Assembly (NCBI GenBank): GCA_031552845.1
Contig: JAVBMC010000028.1
Coordinates: 4,047-68,046, forward strand
Direction of reading: 5' to 3'
DNA from: Kiritimatiellia bacterium
GTDB taxonomy: Bacteria; Verrucomicrobiota; Kiritimatiellia; RFP12; DVOR01
DNA length: 64,000 nucleotides
The notes under the pieces were generated by a model. It made no database searches, was not told the DNA's origin, and saw nothing but the letters and a program-made list of their open reading frames with translations. How positions within the stretch are numbered: the first letter of the stretch is position 1; each line of letters begins with the position of its first letter. This document shows, piece after piece, positions 40,844-49,005 of this stretch. The position numbers were made by a program, and so were the translations under genes.

Positions 40844-41704
40844 ATGAAAACCAAACTCGCGCTCCTCACCCTCGGCCTCAGCCTTACCCTCTGCGCCGCA
40901 CCGGCCCTCAAGCCGGTCTCCGCCGAGAACCAAGCAACGATGAAAGGTTTCATTGAGAAAAACTTGACCGAGCTCAAAAAGGCCTTCCCCGCCCCGGCTC
41001 CGCGCGTGCTCGTCTTCTCGCATTGTGAAGGCTTCGTCCACGGTGAAGCGATTGTTCATGCCAACGCCATGTACCGCGCCGCCGGAGAAGCCGGACTCAT
41101 CCGCCCCGACTTCAGCACTGACTACACCGCGCTCACGGCAGACAACCTCGACCAATACCAAGTGCTCATCATCAACAACGCCACCCACCTCAAAATCAAA
41201 GAAGGCGATGACCTCCAAAAATCAATCGCCGGCTTCGTCCGCGGCGGCGGCGGCTACGTCCTCCTCCATGGCGGGCTCGACACCTTCACCGAAGCACCCA
41301 CCCTCTGCGACATCTCTCAAGGCCTCTTCGACGGACACCCCTGGCACGCCGGCGGCACATGGACATTCAAAATCGACGCCCCCAATTCGCCCCTCACAGC
41401 GATGTTCGGCAAAGAACCCTTCAAGTTCAGCGACGAAATCTACCAGCACAAACGCCCCTACGCCGACCGCTCTAAAATCAACGTCCTCATCTCACTCGAC
41501 ATGAGCGACCCCGTGACGGCCAAATCCAACGAGCCCGAAAAACAAAACAACAAAGAGAAAAACGACTACCCCGTCTCCTGGACGCGTAACTACGGCAAAG
41601 GCAAAGTCTTCGCCACCAGCTTTGGCCACGACCAACGCGCCTACCTCAACGAACCCACCTTCATGCACATGCTCCTCGGCACTGCATGGACCCTCCCCAA
41701 ATAA
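40844..41704 (+). CDS. Secreted ThuA-domain (class I GATase-like) protein
   Basis: Signal peptide; LVFSH.EGF.H, FV.GG.G...H, F..HPW, DEIY, PVSW.RNYGKGKVF.TSFGH. Confidence 0.85.
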   Translation: MKTKLALLTLGLSLTLCAAPALKPVSAENQATMKGFIEKNLTELKKAFPAPAPRVLVFSHCEGFVHGEAIVHANAMYRAAGEAGLIRPDFSTDYTALTADNLDQYQVLIINNATHLKIKEGDDLQKSIAGFVRGGGGYVLLHGGLDTFTEAPTLCDISQGLFDGHPWHAGGTWTFKIDAPNSPLTAMFGKEPFKFSDEIYQHKRPYADRSKINVLISLDMSDPVTAKSNEPEKQNNKEKNDYPVSWTRNYGKGKVFATSFGHDQRAYLNEPTFMHMLLGTAWTLPK

Positions 41705-41729
41705 ACCCATTCACATTTTACTTTTCAAC

Positions 41730-41765
41730 AAAACGCCGCCGCGAAACCACGCTGCGGCGTTTTTA
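41730..41765 (+). terminator. Intrinsic terminator closing the T2SS/oxidoreductase run
   Basis: AAAACGCCGC...GCGGCGTTTTT. Confidence 0.75.
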
Positions 41766-41790
41766 TTTATCTCCTTTCTCGTCCCCTCCC

Positions 41791-42091
41791 AACGCAACCC
41801 GCAAAACAGTACGATCAAGGGTGCGAAACAGTACGCTGATGGATTCGTTTTAGTACGTTTGTGTATTGGGTTTAGTACGATCAAACGTTTATGCGTACTG
41901 TTCCGCGGGTGTGAACGTACTGTTTCACGGGTTCGTGCGTACTGTCACGCGGGTTCGTCACAAATGTTTCACGGGTGTGAAAGTACTGTTGTGCGGGCGT
42001 GGAAGAATTGTCACACGGGTGTGTGCGTACTGTGACACGGGTGGCAAACAAATGTGACACGGGTGTGTGAGAGTTGTGACACGGGGGGCAC
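41791..42091. repeat. Bipartite 22-bp-period array: 4 left units and 9 right units, mirror-symmetric about 41886
   Basis: Right units start every 22 bp from 41894 to 42070, all with TGT-N4-CGGG; left AGTACG at 41808, 41830, 41852, 41874; centre AGTACGatcAAACGTTTatgCGTACT. Confidence 0.9.
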
Positions 42092-42481
42092 GTGGAGGTT
42101 TAAAACGGGAGAATGCTTTAATTCATCCGTTTTACGGAATATTTCTTGGGCGGAAAGCGGTCAGGCTGACGTTGTATTTTGAGTGTCTTTTCCGGAGTGA
42201 TTTGCAATGCGGGCATACGCGTCTAACCCCCACCAATTGGGCGCGAAATGCGTATTTGGGGTGTTGGTAAATGTAGATGTTGACGTGCGTTGCATGGGGT
42301 GCAGTTTAGCAGATTTTGCGGCAAAGTCAAGCCGAAGTTGAAGGAAAGTTATTTGGGGTGGCGGTTGGTTTTGTGGAGGTGGATTTGGTGAGTTGGGTGG
42401 AGATGAGGAGGAGAGAAGCGGTAAATGGAGCGTTTATAGGCGGGTTTTTGTGAAGTATTTGTTTTGGCACATTTATCTGGG

Positions 42482-42510
42482 TTGACAAGATGGGGGGGAG
42501 TGTTTATAAT
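42482..42510 (+). promoter_or_regulatory. Perfect consensus sigma70 promoter
   Basis: TTGACA(42482-87)-17 bp containing G7-TATAAT(42505-10). Confidence 0.85.
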
Positions 42511-42557
42511 GTATCCGTGCGTTGGAGTGGATTTGTAGAGTTGTTGGATTTTTGTTG

Positions 42558-44306
42558 ATGGATAGTGGTTTGACATGGGAGGAGCTGTTGGAGTCCCCGG
42601 AATTGGCGGAGCAATTCACGGGGTGGGATTCTTTGGCTCGTTTGAAGTGGGGCGATTTGTTGGCGCGTCACCCGGAACTGGCGTCTAAATGTAACGACTT
42701 GTACGCGAGTTTTGATAATCTGTTTTGGGCGGAGTTGATTGCTGCGCGGCCGGAGTTTGCGGAGCGGTTTGTGCGGTGGGAAATTTTCTCGCCACAGGAT
42801 TGGTGTTATGTGATTTTGCCGGCGCAGCCGCAGTTTGCGGAGCTGTGTCCGTTTTGGCGGCGGTTTGAGTTTGAACAGATCCGGGAGCTGTTGGTGAGGC
42901 ATCCGCAGTTGGAGAGGCATTGCCGTTTGCCCGAGGTGGCGTTATCGATTTATCCGGAGCGAGCGGGGGACTTTGATGGATGGGGGCGGATTCCGGTGCA
43001 TAATTGGAGCGAGCTGTTGAAGTATTGTCCGCAGTTCGCGGCGCAGTGTCCGTGCTGGGATCGTTTTCAGTTTAAGCCGCTGCGTGAGATTTTGATGCGT
43101 GCGCCGGATTTGGAGCCGTATTGTCAGATGCCGTCGGTGTTGTTGTCGTTGTATCCGTGGCGGAGTAATGGGTTTGCCGAGTGGGAGTCGCTTTCGTTGG
43201 AGGAGTGGCCGGAGTTGTTGTTGTGGCAGCCTGGGTTTGAGCGTCACTGTCAGTTATGGGATCGGATTAGTCCGGAGCGTTGGGCGAAGCTTTTGCAGGG
43301 CCGGCCGGAGCTGGCGAAGCATTGTCACTGTTGGGAGCAGATGCCGATTGGCGATTGGGTGCGATTGATTCAGGCGCAGCCGGGACTGGCGGCGAAGTGT
43401 CCGCGTTGGGATGAGCTGGGCGGAGTGTATTGGCGGATGTTGTTGGAGAATCAGCCGCAGTTTGCATCGCATTGTACGAAGTGGAATGAGATCAGCGTGT
43501 TGGATTGGCTGAACTTATTGTGGCGTCAGCCGCAGCTGGCGGATAAGTGTCAGGTGTGGAGTCGGTTTACGTTTGAACAGGCGTGGGACCTGTTATCGCG
43601 CCGCCCGAAGTTGGAGAAGTATTTTACACGTCCGGAGGTTCTGCTGCCGCGCAAGCCTGAGCGGGCGACTGAGGTGACGGACTGGCAGGCGATTGGCTTT
43701 GCGGACTGGCTGTTTTTGCTGCGCAAGCAGCCGCAGTTCGCAGATCAGTTCACGCAGTGGGCGCGTTTGGACATCAGCGAGTGGATTGATCTGCTGCAAG
43801 TGCAGCCGCAGCTGGCGGAGTATTTTAAGGATTGGGAGCAACTGCGTTTGTCGGACTGGGTGCAGCTGTTGTGTCATCAGCCGCAATTTGCAGAACGGTT
43901 TGCGGCGTGGGAGCAAGTGCCTGTGAATGCGTGGCGGAAATTATTGCGTGAACATCCGCAATTGACTCAGCATTGCGATAAGTGGGATGAGTTGAGGGTC
44001 GAGGACTGGACGTTGATTTTGCACAAACAGCCGGAACTGGCGGAGCGTCATGACAAGTGGCAGGAGATGAGTGCCGATCAATGGTCTTTCCTGTTGGCAG
44101 CGCAGCCACAGTTTGCGGAGCGTTGCGATAAGTGGAAAGAGTTTCAGCCGCGGTGTTGGACGCGCCTTTTGCGCGACCGGCCGGAGTTCAGCACGAAGTG
44201 CGACAAGTGGAAGCAGCTGAAGGATGAGGATTGGCGGGAGCTGTTGGCCTTCCGTCCGGAGCTGGCCAAGCACCGCACCCGCTTCATCCTTGGTGTGACA
44301 GAATAA
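42558..44306 (+). CDS. Uncharacterised Trp-rich tandem-repeat protein (about 21 units of 25 aa)
   Basis: Repeat W-x2-h-x3-[DE]-W-x2-LL-x2-QP[QE][FL]A-x2-C-x2 across the whole ORF; likely start ATG 42558. Confidence 0.88.
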   Translation: MDSGLTWEELLESPELAEQFTGWDSLARLKWGDLLARHPELASKCNDLYASFDNLFWAELIAARPEFAERFVRWEIFSPQDWCYVILPAQPQFAELCPFWRRFEFEQIRELLVRHPQLERHCRLPEVALSIYPERAGDFDGWGRIPVHNWSELLKYCPQFAAQCPCWDRFQFKPLREILMRAPDLEPYCQMPSVLLSLYPWRSNGFAEWESLSLEEWPELLLWQPGFERHCQLWDRISPERWAKLLQGRPELAKHCHCWEQMPIGDWVRLIQAQPGLAAKCPRWDELGGVYWRMLLENQPQFASHCTKWNEISVLDWLNLLWRQPQLADKCQVWSRFTFEQAWDLLSRRPKLEKYFTRPEVLLPRKPERATEVTDWQAIGFADWLFLLRKQPQFADQFTQWARLDISEWIDLLQVQPQLAEYFKDWEQLRLSDWVQLLCHQPQFAERFAAWEQVPVNAWRKLLREHPQLTQHCDKWDELRVEDWTLILHKQPELAERHDKWQEMSADQWSFLLAAQPQFAERCDKWKEFQPRCWTRLLRDRPEFSTKCDKWKQLKDEDWRELLAFRPELAKHRTRFILGVTE

Positions 44307-45420
44307 CAACGCTTTCGAAATGTGCCGTGCGCGGGAACATGTCAAACAGCGTGGCGTGTTGAATTGTGAAGCCGTTCATCTTGAGCACGCCTAAATCCCG
44401 TGCGAGCGTATCGGGCGAACAGGAGATGTAGCATAATTGGTGAGGGGGCGTGTCACACAGTGCTTGCAGGATGGTCGGCGTGAGGCCGCGGCGGGGCGGG
44501 TCGACAATGACGGCAGCGTCTTTGCCTTTTGTGTGCAGGGCAAGGATGTTGCCAATGTGCTGTTCAATGTCGGCATGGCGGAAGCGTACGTCTAGGTGTA
44601 AGTTGACGGCATTTTGGGTGGCATTGACGACGGCCTCGGTGCTGTATTCATAACCAAAGATTGATTGCGCGACTTCGTCACGGCAGGCACTGAGCGCGAA
44701 GCCGCCGACACCGCAGTATAAATCCAGCAGCGTGCCACAGGGACGGATTGAGCGGGTCACGTGTTCGAGGAGCAAGTCTGTAACCGGCGGATTGACTTGG
44801 AAAAATCCACCGGCATGCACGAGCAGGTCACCTAGGCAGGTCTGTTCTGTCAGCACGAGATTCGGCGGCGTGTTCTGCCAGACGTGGACGCCATTACGCG
44901 GCGTGTACCGCAGGATTGTTTTGTGTCCGGGAATGCGGTTGTTCATGAAGGTCCGATCGGCGCGAAGCTCGGTCAGGCGCAGGTTGATGGCCGGATGCGC
45001 CAAGGGGTCTTGCGGCATATCGACGATGGAGGTGTTGTCCTCGCCCAAGTAGCCGAGCGTTCCGTTGGCACCGGCTTCGAAGCGTATTTTGTTGCGGTAG
45101 TTGAGGTAGGGGCGTGAGCTGATAACTTGTGCCACGGGATGCTTGATGAAGTACTCCAGCTGGGTCTTCTTTGCGTCTAACTCGGCCGCGTGGGACATGT
45201 GTACATAGCAACAGCCCGGTGTGTAGTGGTAGCCGGGCAGGCGATCCGGAGAGGCTTCGACAATACGCGTCACGCGGCCTCGCGCAAAGCGTTCGCGGTC
45301 TTCGACGATTTCCACGTCGACGGTTTCGCCCACGCAGGTCAGGGGCACAAAGATAACCTTGCCTTCGTGGCGGGCAACGCCGCTGCCTAGGTAAGCAATC
45401 GATTCAATCTGTAATATCAT
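44284..45420 (-). CDS. RlmD/TrmA-family RNA m5U methyltransferase with TRAM domain
   Basis: G.GVAR..G..IFVP...GE; YRNK; FFQVN; DLYCGVG; VDPPR.G; YISC.P.TLARD; DMFP.T.H.E. Confidence 0.93.
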   Translation of the reverse strand: MILQIESIAYLGSGVARHEGKVIFVPLTCVGETVDVEIVEDRERFARGRVTRIVEASPDRLPGYHYTPGCCYVHMSHAAELDAKKTQLEYFIKHPVAQVISSRPYLNYRNKIRFEAGANGTLGYLGEDNTSIVDMPQDPLAHPAINLRLTELRADRTFMNNRIPGHKTILRYTPRNGVHVWQNTPPNLVLTEQTCLGDLLVHAGGFFQVNPPVTDLLLEHVTRSIRPCGTLLDLYCGVGGFALSACRDEVAQSIFGYEYSTEAVVNATQNAVNLHLDVRFRHADIEQHIGNILALHTKGKDAAVIVDPPRRGLTPTILQALCDTPPHQLCYISCSPDTLARDLGVLKMNGFTIQHATLFDMFPRTAHFESVVILSHQG

Positions 45421-45430
45421 AATATTTCCA

Positions 45431-45538
45431 TCAGTCGTGATTTTCCGGATGGCAGACGGCCAGAATTAGAAAATAGATGCTGAACCCAAAGGTCAGCGTC
45501 CATGAAGCTCCAAGGAGAATCCAACCATACTCGTTCAT
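45431..45538 (-). CDS. Small single-TM protein (35 aa), candidate NSS-transporter accessory subunit
   Basis: MNEYGWILLGASWTLTFGFSIYFLILAVCHPENHD; GGAGG RBS; ATGA overlap with transporter stop. Confidence 0.65.
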   Translation of the reverse strand: MNEYGWILLGASWTLTFGFSIYFLILAVCHPENHD

Positions 45539-47085
45539 GCAACCTCCTGTGGCGCCTCGGCCGGGGCATCGTCCGCAACTGTATTCGGGTGAGTCTTTTG
45601 AATCAGCCAAATCGTGACGGCTACTAGTGTAGCACACATCAGGCGCACCGTCAAGATTCCTAATAGTTTTTCGTGTGGAACATCTAACAGCAAAATGCTG
45701 CGCCAGCCGCTGGTCAATAGCCACGATAGCAGGATTGATGCCAGCACCACGGGCGTGACGAAACCTAAGACATACTTGAAGCATCCGGGGATGCGGATGA
45801 TGGCGTGTTCGTGCAGCAGTTTCCAGCCGTTATCCAATCCAATGTAGCGCAAGAAGACGCAGAGCTCAATGAATGCGAACAACGGCAGGCCGAATGAGCT
45901 GAACCAAAAATCCATTTCGTCCACCGCGCCATCGATAAAGAGCACCGCAGGAGAGCAAAGCAGCACTACCGCCCCAATCCCTAAAACTGTTTTATGTTTG
46001 GATGCATGCAGGCGTTCTTCAACAAAGGCAACGCTCGGTTGGAAAATAGACACCGAGCTGGTCACGCCTGCAATGAACAACAGCAGGAACCAAACAAGCC
46101 CCACGAGTCCGCCGCCTGCGGTGTGGTTGAAAATCAACGGCATTGTGCGGAAGGCTAATCCGAACATGCCGCCGTCAATCGCAGTCTGCGTGCCGATGGG
46201 CCCGAAAAAACAAAACGCAGCAGGGATAACGATGGAGGCACCAATGATCACCTCCATAAACTCGTTCAAGAATGCAGACGTCATGGAGGAGAGCGTAACA
46301 TCGTGCTTCTCGTGCAAATAAGAAGCATAAGTCATCAGGCAGCCAATGCCGATGGACAATGTAAAGAATATCTGCCCCGCCGCCGCGAGCCAGACTTTTG
46401 GTTTGAGGAGGCTGCTGAAGTCCGGGTTCCACAGAAACCCGAAGCCGTTGTTGACATTCCACTCCGGCTGCTCCGGGAGCGGTGCGCCCAGAAAAGCTAC
46501 GCGTATCGCCAGCACAATACCGATTACCGCCAGGAGCGGAATGGTTGCGCGGCAGAACTTTTCAATCCCTTTACTGACCCCGCGATAGATGATCAGCATA
46601 TTGACGATGAAGGTCAGCGCAAAGAAAATAAAACGTGTCTTGCCGGAAAGGAACTCCGTGAAGAACGCATTCATCTCCTGAGGATCGGTAATACCATGAT
46701 AGGCCGCGGTGAACGCAAACCACGTATAACCCAGCGTCCACGATTCGATATAGATGTAGTAGATGAAAATGCCCAGCGGTCCCACCACGCCTAGCGTCCC
46801 GAAATATTTGAGGAAGGGACGGTTGGGTTTGAGCTTATCGAAAATAGCCGGAGAGTTGCCGCAGTGATGCTTGCCGCCGAAACGCCCCAGCGTCCATTCC
46901 ACCCAGCACAAGGGCAAGCCGAGGACAAACAACGCCACGAAGTAAGGGATGATGAAAGCGCCGCCGCCGTTCTGCGAAGCAATCGCCGGGAAGCGGAGCA
47001 GGTTGCCAAGACCGATTGCACTGCCGGCCGCCGCCAAGATAATTCCAAGGCGGCCCGTCCAGCGCTCACGGGTCTTGTTATGCAC
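45535..47085 (-). CDS. Sodium-dependent transporter, NSS/SNF family
   Basis: RERW..R.G.ILAAAGSAIGLGNLLRFP, NGGGAF..PY, W.AAAGQIFFTLS, TYASY; start GTG 47085. Confidence 0.95.
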   Translation of the reverse strand: MHNKTRERWTGRLGIILAAAGSAIGLGNLLRFPAIASQNGGGAFIIPYFVALFVLGLPLCWVEWTLGRFGGKHHCGNSPAIFDKLKPNRPFLKYFGTLGVVGPLGIFIYYIYIESWTLGYTWFAFTAAYHGITDPQEMNAFFTEFLSGKTRFIFFALTFIVNMLIIYRGVSKGIEKFCRATIPLLAVIGIVLAIRVAFLGAPLPEQPEWNVNNGFGFLWNPDFSSLLKPKVWLAAAGQIFFTLSIGIGCLMTYASYLHEKHDVTLSSMTSAFLNEFMEVIIGASIVIPAAFCFFGPIGTQTAIDGGMFGLAFRTMPLIFNHTAGGGLVGLVWFLLLFIAGVTSSVSIFQPSVAFVEERLHASKHKTVLGIGAVVLLCSPAVLFIDGAVDEMDFWFSSFGLPLFAFIELCVFLRYIGLDNGWKLLHEHAIIRIPGCFKYVLGFVTPVVLASILLSWLLTSGWRSILLLDVPHEKLLGILTVRLMCATLVAVTIWLIQKTHPNTVADDAPAEAPQEVA

Positions 47086-48373
47086 GCCCCAGCCTCCGTG
47101 CCAAACGCGGCAGGTCGGGGTCACGGGCGCCGAAGGTCACGAGGCAGCCGCATGCCGGCGCCAACGCCCGCAGCAGTTCTTCCGCCTCGTCCATCGTTTG
47201 CGGCATGGCGGGCATCGCACCGCCCGCTTGCACAATCGCCTGTGCCAACGCATCGCTCGTGATAGAACGGTCGGCATTACCACCTGCATCATACACCGGC
47301 AACAGCAAGAGCTTGTCAACCGGACGCAGACGGGTGGCGAACATCTCGGCCAGCGCAGTGCACATTTTACGCAGCGGGGCATAACCGTGCGGACGCCACA
47401 ACGCTGCAACGCCTTGCGGATAAATCGCCTGCAATGCAGTCAGGGCCGCCGCGAGCTTTTCGGGGTTATGCGCGTAGTCGTCAAACACCGGCGTGGAACC
47501 GCAGTTGCCTGTGAACTCCAAACGGCGATGCAGCCCGCGAAAGCCTGCGAGGCTTTTCTTCAGCAACGCGGCATCGGTGCCCAAAAGCCGCGCTAGCCGT
47601 ACAGCATTCCACGCGTTCTGTACATTATGCACGCCCGGCAATGGAACGCAGTAATCAACGCCTTCGTCGGTGAAATAACCGCGCCAACCATCAAGACGGA
47701 TGTTCTGCGGCATCGCACCATCGCGGCCATCGATTACAGAACCGGTGACTTTAGCTTTGAACGCATCGAACAGCACCGTGGTTTCTTCCAAGCTGAAGTG
47801 ATCGGCCGATTCATTGGTAATCAACGCATGGACAGGGTTGAACGCCATCAATGATTTGTCCGACTCGTCGGCCTCGGCAACCAAATAGCGCGCACCTTTA
47901 CGAACAGAGGCCACGCGTGTGCCGTCGGCTTCCCAGCCGATGATGCCCGCGCCGTTGACAACGCAGGGGTTGAGTCCCGCGCCTTCAAGAAGCCATCCCA
48001 ACAGAGCCGTCACGGTACTCTTGCCGGAGGTGCCGGTCACAGCAATCAATTCGTAAGCCTGTGCGAGTTCGGCCAATGCTGCGGAGCGGTGTAAGATGGG
48101 GATGTTCAACGCCTGTGCGCGGCACACTTCCGGATTGTCCGGTTCAATCGCCGTGCTGACGACTAACGCATTCACATGGGGCGTAACCGCCGAGCCGTCC
48201 TGCGGGAAGAGTTCGACACCTTGGCGACGGAAGATGCCAAACACTGGCGCATCGTCTCCGCCATCTAGCTGACGGTCGGAACCGCTGACGGTGTGCCCGG
48301 CATCCAGCAACGCCTGCGCTAGCGCACTCATACCGACACCGCCGATTCCGGCAACATGGTAATGTTTAACCAT
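47078..48373 (-). CDS. MurC/Mpl-family Mur ligase
   Basis: GIGGVGMSALA..L...G..VSGSD, AVTGTSGKST, EADESD, DDYAHNP. Confidence 0.88.
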   Translation of the reverse strand: MVKHYHVAGIGGVGMSALAQALLDAGHTVSGSDRQLDGGDDAPVFGIFRRQGVELFPQDGSAVTPHVNALVVSTAIEPDNPEVCRAQALNIPILHRSAALAELAQAYELIAVTGTSGKSTVTALLGWLLEGAGLNPCVVNGAGIIGWEADGTRVASVRKGARYLVAEADESDKSLMAFNPVHALITNESADHFSLEETTVLFDAFKAKVTGSVIDGRDGAMPQNIRLDGWRGYFTDEGVDYCVPLPGVHNVQNAWNAVRLARLLGTDAALLKKSLAGFRGLHRRLEFTGNCGSTPVFDDYAHNPEKLAAALTALQAIYPQGVAALWRPHGYAPLRKMCTALAEMFATRLRPVDKLLLLPVYDAGGNADRSITSDALAQAIVQAGGAMPAMPQTMDEAEELLRALAPACGCLVTFGARDPDLPRLARRLGRA

Positions 48374-48380
48374 GAGCCGT

Positions 48381-48989
48381 TTAGAGTGCTTTTGGATTAA
48401 AGCTGGTCAACGCTTGCCACAATGCCGTATTCAAACCCTCGGCCAGAGTGGCGGGGCGCTTGTCGTTCAGGGGCACTTCCGCACGGAGCAATTCTTGATG
48501 GATCGGCGCAAAGCCATTCTTCTGCGCATCCACCAAATACAGCCGCACGGATGCCACGGCAAGCGGTTTATCGGGGTTACGGTAATCGCCGCAAAGTTCT
48601 TCCAGCACCGTTTCAATACGCCACTTGATATCGGACTGCGGCAGTTGTGTCATGACAGCCCCAAAAGCATTTGCACGGCGGAGAGCCTCCGCCAGTAGCT
48701 CAGGAACTTGTAATGCCGGCGGTGCGTAATACTCGTGCAAGGTGTAGTTGCGGATTTGATTGTCCGGCAGTTTCGCCGTGAGCATTTTCGTATCGCTAAG
48801 CGTTGTGGTGCGAGTCTTGGCAATCAGCACGTTGTCCTTCGCATAAGGCGAGGAGACGGCTTGTTGCTCCGCCGCCGCGGGCAAGGCGTTCAGCACATAA
48901 AAGGTTTTCTTGGGCGGCTCGTGTGACGTACTGCTGACGCAGCCGGCTAACACAAGCAATGGCAGAGCGAAACGTAATGAAGCAAACAT
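48381..48989 (-). CDS. PqiC-like ABC auxiliary lipoprotein
   Basis: Lipobox LAGC; Y.L after signal; PP....ELLAEALRRAN.F; follows an MCE gene; GGAGG RBS. Confidence 0.7.
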   Translation of the reverse strand: MFASLRFALPLLVLAGCVSSTSHEPPKKTFYVLNALPAAAEQQAVSSPYAKDNVLIAKTRTTTLSDTKMLTAKLPDNQIRNYTLHEYYAPPALQVPELLAEALRRANAFGAVMTQLPQSDIKWRIETVLEELCGDYRNPDKPLAVASVRLYLVDAQKNGFAPIHQELLRAEVPLNDKRPATLAEGLNTALWQALTSFNPKAL

Positions 48990-49005
48990 GTGGGTTCCTC
49001 CGGAG

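Noticed and set aside
41791-42091. CRISPR array
   Set aside because: Units abut at a 22-bp period with no unique 25-45 bp spacers, repeats are too degenerate, and no cas genes are in the window. The same applies to the other five arrays.
41622-42576. Small ORFs across the arrays (41622-42035, 41866-42057, 54297-54512, 54477-54731, 17545-17739)
   Set aside because: A 22-bp period is not a multiple of three, there are no RBSs, and the translations look like repeat by-products.
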